A stretch of 63,599 nucleotides of DNA, filler included, from Lenisia limosa (taxonomy: Eukaryota; Protista; Breviatea): assembly GCA_001655205.1 (NCBI GenBank). It is 10 parts of 10 records of this genome, joined end to end, with 100 filler letters (N's around TTAATTAATTAA, not from the genome) between each part and the next. Parts side by side here need not be neighbours in the genome. Positions count along the whole stretch, not along the records: positions 35,599 to 40,603 come from LPNZ01011283.1; positions 40,704 to 44,779 come from LPNZ01009271.1; positions 44,880 to 45,974 come from LPNZ01000121.1; positions 46,075 to 49,337 come from LPNZ01010158.1; positions 49,438 to 51,560 come from LPNZ01002209.1; 5 more parts are not named here. One strand, given 5' to 3'. The number at the start of each line of letters is the position of its first letter. The stretch's first letter is position 1. The notes beneath the pieces were generated by a model. The model was not told the origin of the DNA, did not search any database, and saw nothing but the letters and a program-made list of their open reading frames with translations. Positions 36,040 through 49,439 of this stretch are shown here, piece after piece. The position numbers were made by a program, and so were the translations under genes.

Positions 36040-39000
36040 CACCTTGCAGAAGACAGGCGAACGTTGGCCCAAGTGCGGTCGCGCATGCTGTATCCGTAGC
36101 ACGTGACGTGGAGGGATTCTCCTGTGGGGGGTGAGGAGAGGGAGTAGAGAGTAAAAGGGATGGTTTGAAACATTTATACAATTCATCAAAAAGCCAAAAC
36201 TGGTCTAATGCACACACCCTGGATGTACTCCACCCCCATACCCTGGATAACAATTTCTCCAATAGGAACTTCGAATACGGCAACTGCCTATATATGGTAA
36301 GTGGAATGTCTTTTTATACTGTATCTGGAAAGTGAAATGCCTATATATGGTAAGTGGAATGCCTATATATATACTGTATCCGGAAGTGAAATGCCTATAT
36401 ATGGTAAGTGGAATGCCTATATACTGTATACGGTAAGTGGAATGCCTATATACTGTATATGGTAAGTGGAATGCCTATATATGGCAAGTGGAATGCCTAT
36501 ATTATATGGTAAGTAAAAAGATTACCCCCACCTTAACCCACCTCCCTAACCTTTTTAACCTTTTATATATTACCCCTCATTGAATATCCATACAGTGACC
36601 AGGATAAGTCTTGACCGATTTGCAATGTGATTTACCAAGGAAAATCGGTCAAGACTTATCCCAGTCACTGTATATCGTATTAAATGTTATCATTATTGCC
36701 CCCCTCCAACCTTAGCCTCGGCAACAGGGACAGCCTTGCCAGTGAGGGCCAAGTAGGCCATGTCTGCCTTGTTTTTGTTCTCCTTCACGTTCGCTGTGAG
36801 CGTTCCGATTATCTTACTGCCGGTGTGAGGGGCNNNNNNNNNNNNNNNNNNNNNNNNNNNNNNNNNNNNNNNNNNNNNNNNNNNNNNNNNNNNNNNNNNN
36901 NNNNNNNNNNNNNNNNNNNNNNNNNNNNNNNNNNNNNNNNNNNNNNNTGCTGTCCGTGTGAAGGGGGGACTGGAGATTATTGTTAAGATGATCATTTTGA
37001 AAATAGGAGGTAAATGACAATATACTGTGATTATAAAAAAATGAAAAAAAAATGAATAACCTAGGGTTACGAAGGAAGGAAGATCTGCGTACTTGAAAGA
37101 AGGGGCAGTTTCACTTGATACGGCGAGGGTCAAACTTGAGTACGTCGCTTGGCCGTGGGCTATAGGATCAGCAAGGGGAAATATGAATGACGGTCAAATG
37201 GCATAGTATGTATATCCCGTCAGTCCAAAAAAGGCCCATAAAATTGTCGTATTTATCGAGGATTTATCGAGAACCCCAGTCTTTTTTAGAGCGGCAGTGA
37301 AGGTCTAAACCAACCAAGCGCACTTGAATTTCAGCTCTATATAGTACTATACATAATACAATCTAACAACACACCTGTATTCCAACAAACACAAATATAT
37401 ATAAAAATATGACTAGGGCTTCCCTGCGGTCCCAAAAAAGACTGAATATATCGATAAATCCTCGATAAATATCGATATTTTACAGTTCTTTTTCGGACAG
37501 TAGGGAAGCCCTAAATAACCCTGTACGTCACAATAAATTGTACTATGCATATCATATTATCATGTTTCGCACCCTGTATTTCAGGCGGTAGTTTGGAGTG
37601 ATCGTAGGAATCGGAGACGTCGATGGTCAGTGGGCCAGATTCCAAGGTCATAATGCTGAGGGTAAGGTTATGTAATGCGGGAGGGCAATCATGCTACCGT
37701 GATATTTAAGTTGGACAGGCAAACAAGGCAATTTATGAAACAAAAAAGTGTTCACCACCCACTGTTCAAGGTTAAACTCCAAATTGAGGGAGCTCTGATT
37801 GAAAGCAATCAGAAGCCTGGAGAGTAACAAAAATGAAACATGGAGGAGAGTAACAAAGATGGTGATCAGAAGAAGAGTGATGACGCTGTATTGTAATTCA
37901 AAAAGACGAGTACAAAATAGAGTAAATATCCATATTTTGAAATCATAACGAACATTTCAGTCCATAACAACAAGAAGAAAAGCAGCCACTAACCTGTTCA
38001 GCGACGGGTTCACCATAGGGCGAACAATATGTCGCGAGAAAGAGGCGTCGATAGAGTGCAGCCGGCCCTGTTGCGGATAAATCGAGGTTCAGTTCAGTTC
38101 AGTTCATTTCAGCAAAGCAGAAATGATACCGGTAAATATGACTAACCACCACCAACCTCGCCTCGGAGGTTGCCATCAGCCATGAGTCCCAGGTCCTTGG
38201 CACTGAATGTCATGGTCAAAGACGTATCACCCGAGGTGCCGCTGTCTAGTGACACCCCTCCAGGAAGGCCTATGGAGGAACTGCACAGTCCGCCTGAAAG
38301 GTGAAATAGTGGTAACGTGATCAGATAGGTATGACGCATATAGTATACACATATCATATGTCTACTGTATATAATAGTACATATAGAGAGAGAGAGAGAG
38401 AGAGAACAGAGAGAGAGAGCGAGGAAATATGTTAGGAGAGCTGATCTACTACAATACACAACTACACTTCCACGCACCTGACAGCCTGACTCGTCCAATG
38501 TTTTTAGCTAGATCCAGGGAAGACGCCCATGACCTTGTCTAAACGGGTGATGTTGACGATATTTAACTTGTATTATTACTATTATGGTATTTTGCAGTTT
38601 GGAGTTCCAAATATTATGCAGGAAGAGTTACCAAATATAGTAATTGCTCACCACGACATGCAGGTAGAAGGCGGGGTCAGATAGTGAAACCGGTTTGGGA
38701 GGGATTTGAATTTCCTCGGGAACCACTACATTTTGAGCTGCTGGGTTTTATCGACATTAAATCCCAACATCTACATGTATCTCCACTACACCACTAGATA
38801 ACAGTATAAATAATAGTATCATAATAGCATCATTATACCACTTTTATACCTCCATAATAGCACAATAATCCCCCTCACCTCCATTGGCCTCAGCAGCCAG
38901 TCTCCAGATATTGGCCATCAGAAGAGCGTCGTCAAGATGCAGCAGCGTAACTGCTGACGTCATTGAGCCGATGTCCATTAGGCCGGTCACAACGGCTCCG

Positions 39001-40450
39001 CTGCGCTCACCGCGAGCACCAAAAGTCCTGGGGGTATAAGAATGAGAATATTCTGGGGGGNNNNNNNNNNNNNNNNNNNNNNNNNNNNNNNNNNNNNNNN
39101 NNNNNNNNNNNNNNNNNNNNNNNNNNNNNNNNNNNNNNNNNNNNNNNNNNNNNNNNNNNNNNNNNNNNNNNNNNNNNNNNNNNNNNNNNNNNNNNNNNNN
39201 NNNNNNNNNNNNNNNNNNNNNNNNNNNNNNNNNNNNNNNNNNNNNNNNNNNNNNNNNNNNNNNNNNNNNNNNNNNNNNNNNNNNNNNNNNNNNNNNNNNN
39301 NNNNNNNNNNNNNNTGCCTGCTATTTCGAGGGTGGCAAAATCGCCGCGTGAGCACTCGTGGAACTGTCGAACTACCATCTGGGGGATGAGGGTAAAATTA
39401 GTGGAATTAATTGTTTGAATATAATAATTGACAAAATTTGAGAGATATGGGGATCAGGACCCAAAACACTTCAAGACACTTCAGTTCGACATAGGTGTAT
39501 TTGTTTTCCATGTCTATTTGTCTATTAAATGCCTTTATTGAAAAAAAAAAAAATGAAAGGAGACGATGAACATTCTCTTTTCATTTGCGTGAGCANNNNN
39601 NNNNNNNNNNNNNNNNNNNNNNNNNNNNNNNNNNNNNNNNNNNNNNNNNNNNNNNNNNNNNNNNNNNNNNNNNNNNNNNNNNNNNNNNNNNNNNNNNNNN
39701 NNNNAGGCGGGTGGCCTAAATATGTTAGTTGGAGGGGGGGGGGGCTTTGAACTTCGGTTCCAGGAAAAGGTACACTGTCGTTCTTAATAGAGAGTTTATC
39801 GAGAATTTAATTTTAAGTCATAAAGTGAATCCACCTAAATATGGATATTTGCTGGGTGAGGGCCGATTAAATGGATACTTGCTGGGTGAGTGCCGATTAA
39901 ATGGAGTGTACATAGACCGAATACAATTACTGCATTCTTTAGCGCTATGTTTATGGTAATGTGTATGTTATATTTATGAAATCTCTATGAATACTTTTGT
40001 AACCTTTGATTCTATAAAATGTTCTCTCAAATATATAATAGTACAATATATTTTAATAGACAAACCTGGCGGGCGATATTGCTTCACTGAGGAGACGGAA
40101 AAGACAATTTGAACGGCCGACGTACTGATCGCCAAAACTATCCCGTTGTTAATGGGGGACAATGACGGTTCAATGTGATTATGGGAAATCGGTAACAGCA
40201 GGCATTTACTCTATTTGAGCAAATCTTCCAAAAGTCAAATTAAATTTTGACCATAACCCCTCCCCCCCACTTGAAGAGTTTTTGGGCTGGCTTGCGAAAA
40301 CAATCTGGAAGGGGGGTGAGAGAGAAAAAGAAAAAAAAAGACAAAGAAGGGAAGTCTGTTGTTTTTCATAATCCCCCAACTTGAGACGGAGCAATTTTGA
40401 CGGATATACTGAGACACAAGGCCACAGGTTCTGTCGGCGGCAGAGCAACC
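36040..40450 (-). CDS. Large hypothetical multi-exon protein (partial, contig 4)
   Basis: Chain of open exons with GT-AG borders, e.g. TFGARGERSGAVVTGLMDIGSMTSAVTLLHLDD, GLCSSSIGLPGGVSLDSG, GRLHSIDASFLATYCSPYGE and KIIGTLTANVKENKNKADMAYLALTGK|LPYSKFLLEKLLSR|ENPSTS. No family recognised. Confidence 0.5.
36284..36514. repeat. Minisatellite of ~22-28 bp units (TGCCTATATATGGTAAGTGGAA) at the 3' end of a minus-strand intron
   Basis: About 7-8 TGCCTATA and six GGTAAGT copies. Confidence 0.9.
36591..36672. mobile_element. MITE family B (Tc1/mariner/pogo-like): TA|CAGTGACC.GGATAAGTCTTGACCGATTT...AAATCGGTCAAGACTTATCC..GTCACTG|TA, ~80 bp
   Basis: About 30-bp TIR with TA on both sides. Other copies at 32945-33014, 35262-35372, 35723-35804, 49985-50069, 50097-50178, 60906-60986 and 63464-63523. 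Confidence 0.88.
37414..37513. mobile_element. MITE family C copy
   Basis: TAGGGCTTCCCTGCGGTCC...GGACAGTAGGGAAGCCCTA. Confidence 0.8.
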
Positions 40451-41644
40451 TGGGCGGAAAAGGCGGATAATGCGGATAATGGGGAGGGGCGAGTAAACTT
40501 AGAAAATGTATGAAACAAAAAAAAGCCCAAATCAACTCTGGTATTTATACACTCATCATAATCGTATTGTTAATTATCAACTGAGATAGGGAGGTACTGG
40601 GGGNNNNNNNNNNNNNNNNNNNNNNNNNNNNNNNNNNNNNNNNNNNNTTAATTAATTAANNNNNNNNNNNNNNNNNNNNNNNNNNNNNNNNNNNNNNNNN
40701 NNNACCCTTGGGAAGCCCTAGGTTGAGCCAACGCCACCCCCACATGCAATTATAATGATAGGCCTTCCCTACTGTCCAAAACAGCGTCAAAATATCGATA
40801 TTTATCTAGGGTTTATAGAGGATTAATCGAGGATTTATCAAGAAATTCGGTCTTTTTTGGAACCGTTGGGAAGCCCTAATAATGATTAACACCCCTCCCC
40901 TCTCTCACCAGAAGGCACATAATGATAAGCTCCAAAATGAGGGTGGCGAGAACCTCGAAAGTCCAAAACTCTCCTGAGACGCCCCCCAGGTTCCAAATAT
41001 CCATTCCTAAAAATCAGCGGAGTTTGACACTAAAGAAAAAAAGAATCCTGGGGGAAGTGGAGTGAATCTGCCACCACTGTTGGGGAAACGGAAACACCCC
41101 CCCCCCNNNNNNNNNNNNNNNNNNNNNNNNNNNNNNNNNNNNNNNNNNNNNNNNNNNNNNNNNNNNNNNNNNNNNNNNNNCGTTCCAAAAAAGACCGTAA
41201 AAATATCGATATTTATCGAGAATTCATCAAGAAATTCAGTCTTTTTTGGGATCGTAGGAAAGCCCAACTAATAATCATTTTATCACCGTGAGTATTGAGG
41301 ATATGAGACAAAATATCTGATATCACGAGTGAATATAAGATAAAATACCTTATCTCACGAGTGGATCAAATAAAACACCTTATATCAATTGCGATGTGAT
41401 TTTTGAGCTCAAAAATGCAATAAAAATAACTTGGAACATCAAGAATCAACCCGGTAAACTGTTAATCCACAAGTTAAATAACCGAAAAAGGGACAGTGCT
41501 AGGGACACTATTTAAAAGCTGTTATTTTATGCGTAAAAATATCATTTTTACAGTTGTTACAAGACATATCCCAATGCTGTGGATAGGCCCTTCTATTTGT
41601 TTTGAGCGTTAATAAGTTATAAAGTCTCATCGTAATCAACAAAT

Positions 41645-42142
41645 TTAAACAAACAAAAGCCCAATTTCTGCAACTACAGCCGTTTTCAAAATATTCCACC
41701 CCATTTTAGCGCCCCAAACAAGCAACGTCACCGCCATCGGAAGGCTGAACAACAAAAATGCCAAGCACAAACCCTCTGCCTGAGCCAAGGACAACCAATC
41801 TAGTGTGATTTTGCCTTAATAATCACACGGAACACACAATGTCCACCATTCTCACCGGAGAGGACCGCGAGTACGAAGTTAATGGCGAAGAGGAGAGTGG
41901 CAACAAGGCAGAGGCCTTTAAGCTGCTTCCAGAGGCTTGCGAAGCTCAAACAGAGAATTATGAACGCGAAGATTGCGGCAGCCATGTGGAAGAGGTAAAG
42001 AGTTTTGCTAAAACGTCCGCCCACAATGATCTCGGTCATTGTCAGGATCGCAAAGAGGGTCACAAAGACCTAAATGGGTAAATAAAACAGAAGACAGCAG
42101 GCAAACCAAAGAAATCGCTGAGAACAGCGAAAGCTTCGCCAT
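41645..42142 (-). CDS. Small ~4-TM membrane protein, 3 exons, unknown family
   Basis: MAKLSLFSAISL|VFVTLFAILTMTEIIV...LFHMAAAIFAFIILCLSFASLW...LCLVATLLFAINFVLAVLS|DWLSLAQAEGLCLAFLLFSLPMAVTLLVWG...LLFV*. Confidence 0.6.
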
Positions 42143-42279
42143 GAAACTATCACTTGGCATTTTTCCCGCTTCTGTCCTATATTACTGAATTATTTTTCTA
42201 GATTTAATGTTATTACGCTATTTTTTTTTGCTGAAAAAGTCTAATGTTTTTTTTTTGCAATTTTCAAAAGGCAGGATCA

Positions 42280-44740
42280 CTGGATCACGAGGTCTTTATC
42301 TTTTGTTTCCCGAAATACCCCGGTACAGAGAACAGTGCACCACTCTTTTCTCAAGTCTTTTCTTGCCTCTGTTAATCTCTTCTTGCTACACCAAATCGAC
42401 ACTAAAGGTACCTAGGTATTCCATCATGCGATATTTAGCTTTTTTTGAAGTACCTATATCTGAAAGTATCTCTCACGATAAATTGTAGGTACCTCCCGGC
42501 CTCAACGACCCCTCAATTGAAGCAATGAAGGTGAGATAAATGGATTTGTACATTAATATGTCCCTTATTTAATCTAATCGTTTTTCTTACTCTTACTCAG
42601 ATTTGTTGTNNNNNNNNNNNNNNNNNNNNNNNNNNNNNNNNNNNNNNNNNNNNNNNNNNNNNNNNNNNNNNNNNNNNNNNNNNNNNNNNNNNNNNNNNNN
42701 NNNNNNNNNNNNNNNNNNNNNNNNNNNNNNNNNNNNNNNNNNNNNNNNNNNNNNNCGATTGTATCTTTACACCAATATTTCTTCATCGAAATCCCTACGT
42801 GTTATCCCCTCAGCTAGCCATAATTGGAGACACCGAAGGAAGTCATAGAACGACAAAAGGGCGCGATGAGCTGGCTCTGAGTCTAATACGGAGCTATATT
42901 TGCCAAGGGGGGTGGGAGTACTCTTTTTGGATCGGAAAACAGAAGAGAGAAACAAAATGTTTCCACCCATCTCCTCTTATCTCCCAGGAGATCTCGGTAA
43001 TAATGATGACTCGCCACTGCAGATCGAATTCTGTGGGTTATATCTAGAGTTCAACATCGATAAAAATGACTGTATTAAAGTAGGGTTAGGAATAGATCCA
43101 AAACCGAGCGTAACCTGTGTGATTTTTATTTACTGTTATTAAAGCAGTTGTTTTGAAAGTAAGAGAGCTGTTGTGATTATCAAACTGATCAAAATCTTCC
43201 TTTAATTCTAGTAAAAAGTAGTTAAAAAATGACGTCACCGAAACTTTTGCGGATATCCGTGACAATTTTCTGGGTTGACACCCTTCTTTAATCGATAAAT
43301 CATTGATAACATCGAATATTCATACCCATTGATACAACAGACATAAAAATCCACTCCCCTCCATAATTCCCTGTACACCCCCCTTTATACGGTTCGTCAA
43401 AAATGGGAAGATATTATTTTGGTCCAATAAGCGTTATATAATACCAGCAATTATTTCAGACAAGAAGCTTTTATTACCACCGTATCTTTACAACAATCTT
43501 TATACATCTATTCTCACACAACCAAGTCCGCTGTAGCATGTAATATGCCATCTTTTCTCACGCAACCAAGTCTGCTGTAGCAAAACCATTTTCCTGAATG
43601 GGAGCCTGATAAAATCTATCAAGACTTACCATATATATACCTCTAAATGAGACCCCATCGCTATACTCCAATCTTACCATAAAACGTAATAATCAGATTG
43701 CATTTTTTGATTCCACAAAAGTAGAGCAATGATTATGGATGGGAAACTCAATTTCCCGATAATTAGCCGAGTTTTAACTCTTCACAGGACCAACCATACT
43801 ACGTATTCAACAAGCTACTTTGTGTCATTTAATTTGGGCGACTAACGTCTTTCGAATTGTCTCAGTTTCTCACAACCAAGTCCCCAGCAGCAAATCCCCT
43901 CTCGCTGCACTGCAGTCCGCCCTAACTCCGTCGTACTTCGGGGCGCTTGTGGCCGCGTCGACGAGCCAAGGGTTGCGGAGGAATGACGGGACGTTACAAC
44001 TGAGGTGTGTGGGCGGTTATATGATATAAAATATGACTTTAATATTTGTGGTGCAGGGGTGTTATTGTTTCTATTTGTTTCTATATATAGTTTTTGTTTA
44101 TATTTGTTTGTATAGGGTGTTGTAGTTTAGCAATATCCGTGTCAAGACTTATCGCAGTCAGTGTAATCCAGTTAGGGGAGGTTTTGATTTGAGAGAACAT
44201 CATTAATTTCTTAGGGCAGAAAACACAGAAAACCCGCTCTCTTTGGAGAAAGCTAAAGTAGGTAAGGGTTGGGTGCTCATTTTTAAGACATAAGGATAAT
44301 GACGAGCTCAGGATTATGTGCACAGAGTTGTAAGGCAAATGATCTGTGAATTAATATTATTTACTATAATCCAATATCGTGTTGGTGTGGATGGCTTCGT
44401 CCAGATACATCCTTATTTTTTTTTCTCATCACCATCTTCGTATTCCTCATCATTATGTACATGTAGCAGTTGTGATGATATAAGGGCAGTAGATCTAAGG
44501 AGGATAATCTCAAGGAGGTATGATGATAAGGATTTAACAACATACAAAGGTCACTTTAAGTCCTGACTCGATTATCTAAAGATAAACCTTCAGTATCTTT
44601 ATCAGGACTATCTAAAAATCGATCATATCTGTACGTCCTCCCCCAGTTACCCCTGGTACAAGAGCCTTATCTCTCAGGAACACAACCTTGTTGATGAGGA
44701 CTCTCCGATGGATGGCTTCTTTGGTTTGCGGTGCCCCCAT
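42280..44740 (-). CDS. Hypothetical multi-exon protein (boundaries uncertain)
   Basis: Exon-like open blocks SVLDSEPAHRALLSFYDFLRCLQLWLAEGITRRDFDEEIL and CNVPSFLRNPWLVDAATSAPKYDGVRADC with splice-like borders. Confidence 0.35.
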
Positions 44741-46074
44741 CTTCATTTATGACGACTCCGCCCTCCCCCTCACACACAGNNNNNNNNNNNNNNNNNNNNN
44801 NNNNNNNNNNNNNNNNNNNNNNNTTAATTAATTAANNNNNNNNNNNNNNNNNNNNNNNNNNNNNNNNNNNNNNNNNNNNCACGAGATGATAACAACAAAA
44901 CAAGAAAAAGTGCCCAAAATCAACCTTGCAACAAAAACTCATACCTGAGCAACAAGCTGCACCGACAGCATTGATGACGCTTCGGATAGCACGGCTGCCT
45001 TGACCTCCTAAATTATCGTTAGGGGGTTTGAAACGAGAGTTATATATTTAAAGGAGGGCTTAATGTTGTTATTTGGGTTTTGGGTATATTTCTAGAAGAA
45101 GGCTTTTCTTATTTCATTTGCAAGTGTCATATTTGAGGAAGTCTAAAAGTATATTTCCATATTCACAACAATACACTGACAAATGAACAAATCAAATAAT
45201 CTGATCAAAATACATACTATGCATATATTCTTAATCAAAAAAGTAAAACCTGTTAAGCATGCTAATCATCCGAAACCCACTGGAGGTAATACTGGGCTGT
45301 CATGGTCACTTATAGACACCAGTTGTCCTGTTATAGAGTCGAGCATGACTCGGTCCACCCAGTCGTTCTATTTGGTAAGTCTTAAGACAAGAAAAAACTT
45401 AGAGCGGGGGGGAGGGGGTGATTCAGATGTATATATAATAATGACATCCGTTTTAATACTATTTTCCATAATCAAATTTTAAGGGTACCCTGTCATTCTT
45501 GCTAACTGTCGTTTACACAGATAATAGTGGCTTTAACACTAAATAATCCTTATGGGTAAAGGCTAAATACTATAACACAAGCATTTGAATAATTAGAAGT
45601 AATAGTTGAGCTATTTCCAGCTCACCTCGGGATAGCTCCAGACTTGATGGGTGGAAAGATTCATAGAAAACCGATGCTAAAGGTATTACTGACATGCCTT
45701 CATGCAAATTGTACCAATATTACCCCTCAGCAGTCCATATAATAGAACATATCGATATACTGTAATACTACTGTAGTACTATGCTATAGTATTACGTATC
45801 ACACACTACCCCCCCCCTCCCACGCCACTATTCTGAAAATGCGCGTTGGCGTGGCCGTTGTCATATCGCCCGCACCCGAGGTTACCACAGTCCAAACAGA
45901 GCCACACGGAGCTGTCGTGTGAGGCTGAAATGCTGCATTCCGAGCACGTGGCAGCCTGTTGGGGGGGGGGGGGGNNNNNNNNNNNNNNNNNNNNNNNNNN
46001 NNNNNNNNNNNNNNNNNNTTAATTAATTAANNNNNNNNNNNNNNNNNNNNNNNNNNNNNNNNNNNNNNNNNNNN

Positions 46075-47057
46075 TACCCCCCACCTTATCACCATTACTG
46101 TCCAGGGCTTACCCCCCACCTTATCACCATTACTGTCCAGGGCTTTCCCCCCACCTTATCACCATTACCGTCCAGGGCTTTGATGCAGAACCCGTCATGG
46201 GGTGCGACAATCTGGAAGTTCCCATCACCACCCTGCTGTTTCTCTAACACTCGCAGCTCGGCCTCTTGTTGCTGGGGAGGGGGATGAAGGAAAATGAAGG
46301 AAATTTTGCTCCACATTCATAGCTAGGGGGGGGGGGGGGNNNNNNNNNNNNNNNNNNNNNNNNNNNNNNNNNNNNNNNNNNNNNNNNNNNNNNNNNNNNN
46401 NNNNNNNNNNNNNNNNNNNNNNNNNNNNNNNNNNNNNNNNNNNNNNNNNNNNNNNNNNNNNNNNNNNNNNNNNNNNNNTCCTCGCGAAACTTCGGATCTG
46501 TTTTCAGCTTGTTCTGGATGAGCGAGAGTTCCTGGGGGGTAAAACTGGCAAATTTACGAAAACAAAAAAAAACATCCCAAATCAACTCTCTTGTTGGCTA
46601 GCAACACATGAAGGTTGAAAACAATAAATAAAAAAGCCCAGGCCAGTCTCTTCTTCTGCCTTCTTGTTTTTAAAACTGATGTGGGGAAGCAGCTGCTATT
46701 TTCCAGAGCTTCCCCTTTCCCTATGTATTAAATTGTTCCATTGCATATTCTTCAGGGGGGGGGGGTGGATACCATTCAGTTTGGGAACTTATCAATATGT
46801 TTCGGGGTTTTGGGCGAGGGGTTCAATATCAATATCCAGCAGAAAGCTGTTTACAGAGTTGGCAAAATGATTGGGTAAATTAATATGCTATTATAATCCA
46901 ATATCTCTAGACATGATGGTGTGGATGGCTTCAGCCAGATGTTATGGTGTGTCTGCTGTGAAGTTCTAATAACGATATGTCCCACTTCAAATTCTGAATT
47001 AATCACCCCACCAACCTCATCAGTAGCCTTCAGCTCTTCCGCCTGTTTGAGGGCCAT
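46075..47057 (-). CDS. DNAAF2: Kintoun/DNAAF2 (PIH1-domain axonemal dynein assembly factor), N-terminal part, truncated at contig edge
   Basis: MALKQAEELKATDE|ELSLIQNKLKTDPKFRE...(masked)...QQEAELRVLEKQQGGDGNFQIVAPHDGFCIKALDGNGDK parallels the Kintoun N-terminus (F.DPEFR...E.EI..LE.E.G....i.P.PGf.i.T). ATG is in ACCACCATGG context. Confidence 0.7.
46076..46180. repeat. 35-bp tandem repeat x3 spanning a DNAAF2 exon end and its 5' splice site
   Basis: (A/T)CCCCCCACCTTATCACCATTAC(T/C)GTCCAGGGCTT x3. On the minus strand it reads AAGCCCTGGAC.GTAATGGTGATAAG|GTGGGGGG. Confidence 0.9.
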
Positions 47058-47285
47058 GGTGGTTCAACAGGAGGAGTGGACTGTTGGGAAGAGGGACCTG
47101 TTGACAAAACAATTCCAAGATTTAAAACTTGATTGCAGTAGTGGGCTTTTTTATAGCTGTATTTCAGGCTGGAATATGCGAGAAGAGGCCAAAATTACCA
47201 AACAAAACAAGTTGATATACTGCGCGGCCGGATTAGTATTTCACCAAAAAAAATATTGAAAAAGACAAACTTTCTGGATACAATA

Positions 47286-49337
47286 ATGTCAACATTGACA
47301 GCCCCATCAGAGGGGCCGTCTCCAGCAGTCAGAACCTTTGCAGCCCTAATGGCCGAACAACCACTTACCAGCTCCCAATCTCAACATGCAACCAATCCCT
47401 ATTCCCCTGCTGTTGCCCAACCGGACACAATGTCACAACAGGCAGCTATGCAGCAGGTAAGTGGCTCAAACTCACTGTAGATTCTTTTTAGTGAAAGTCG
47501 TTAATGCGGTTTACCCTCCTTTAGGCCGTTGAACAGGTCAACATGGTACAGCAGCCTATTCAAATGGAGGCTACTTCTCAAATCTCGGTTTGTCTTTATT
47601 TAATCCGTAGTTCTTTGCTTAACTCTCCACTAGACCTCGCCATACCAGATCCAACAGCTTTATCAGCTTGCTGCGATTCAAAAAACTAAGATTGAGGAAT
47701 TAACTGCTGAAAACTCAAAGCTTACGCGCTCTAATAACGACTATAAGCGAATGGTTGCCGACAGAAGCATCATTAAGGTTTGATTTGAGGCCTTCTCCGC
47801 AGTAACGTTATTCTTTTTTGTTTTGATGGTCCACCCGTTGGTCTTCCTTGCCCTCCTTCGCCTTCTCACCTTATGTCAGGTACAAGAACTAGTTGTAGAA
47901 CTTGACCGCGTGAGAGAAGAAAATGACAAGCTCCAACAGAAGGTTTGCTGGTGTTTCATATTATGATCCTGTTTTCATAGTTTCCTGTGTGAACTTTTGT
48001 GTTTATGAAATTGGTTTCTTTGCTGTTTTTGCCTCGGTGAGCTCACTGGAGAGATCTTGATGCTTGAGGTTATTATAAGAAAAACAGCTTTCCCTAAACT
48101 TTGTGCCAATTTTTTGAAGGATTTTTTGGTTGGTTATTGTATCTGTCCTTGGGAGAGTAGTTATGCTGAGTTTTTTTTACAAGACAGCAGTCTCTTCAAC
48201 TTCTTAATTCAATATTCGCGGAAATTAATTATCATCTTGTATCTAGGAAACCAACATTGTGGAATCTTTGCATAACCTACTCGCATATTATATTCAACAT
48301 ACAACTTATATTTTTGATATCAGTGATAGGAAATTTGGACATTTCCTGATATCGCGGAATCTCAGCATTGGTTTGTCTTTATCCTTTCTCACTCGATATT
48401 CTCACTCTTTTTGGATGATAAGCAAGCCCCAATCATCACCTTGAATGTGTCCTTTCTTGACGAGTTATAATTAGGACTTCACTTCGGTTCGAAAAAAAGA
48501 CTAAAATTCTCGATTCGGTATTTTTCGAACCGAAGAAGTGAAGCCCTAGTAATAATAGATTAACCCAAGGCTTTTTCGTTTCATATAGATTTTCTTTTTA
48601 CTCTCCATCCCCCCTTTCCTNNNNNNNNNNNNNNNNNNNNNNNNNNNNNNNNNNNNNNNNNNNNNNNNNNNNNNNNNNNNNNNNNNNNNNNNNNNNNNNN
48701 NNNNTTAAGATCAAGAAAATTAATAAAATCTAGGCATATAATAAATACTTGGGGGACGCAAAACGTCATTCCCAATGGGACTTGCTTTAGTATGTTTACT
48801 TTATACATAGAGATGAGCAAAAAACAAGGTTGTATCTCAGTCGTCCACACCATCACGCTTCTAATAGATATTGGATTAAAGTATCTGATTCCATTCTCAC
48901 GCTGTAGCTGAAGGACAATCCTCGTGAGATCCGGAAGCTCAAGAAAGAGCTTAGTGAGGCTCTGGAGCGCGAGAAGAAGCATCTTGCTGCTGAGGGTGGG
49001 GGGAGAGGTGCTTTGAATTGGGGGTGATTTGTGCTTTGGATCTTGAAGATCTGCTTTGATCCACACACGCATATAGAGTATATCATATTACTTTTAGGAT
49101 CATTTTCACACACGCAGTGATATTATACCTCATATCCACTCGGATGATAATTGACCGCAAGTCTCAATTATACTCTGAGACACTCGGGATGAACCCTTGT
49201 GTTATCTTCGTTCATTATTTCGACTTGAAAGTCGGCATATGATCATATCACTAGATATATGTATATATCATATCGTATGTATATCTTGTCATACAATACA
49301 AAGTAACGGTGTAGAGCTGATCCAGGAGGAGCGCGAT
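47286..49337 (+). CDS. Coiled-coil protein, multi-exon, divergent from DNAAF2, 3'-truncated
   Basis: Q/P-rich N-terminus, then IQQLYQLAAIQKTKIEELTAENSKLTRSNNDYKRMV|VQELVVELDRVREENDKLQQK|...REIRKLKKELSEALEREKK. Confidence 0.6.
48472..48548. mobile_element. MITE family C copy with 7/8 target-site duplication
   Basis: Flanks are GTTATAAT and GTAATAAT. Confidence 0.8.
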
Positions 49338-49439
49338 NNNNNNNNNNNNNNNNNNNNNNNNNNNNNNNNNNNNNNNNNNNNTTAATTAATTAANNNNNNN
49401 NNNNNNNNNNNNNNNNNNNNNNNNNNNNNNNNNNNNNTA

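Noticed and set aside
36284-36514. CRISPR-like array
   Set aside because: Eukaryotic context, no unique spacers and no cas genes. It is a degenerate minisatellite.
38963-39418. Long ORFs containing X-runs (and similar ORFs across other N gaps)
   Set aside because: They are open only because N codons cannot be stops.
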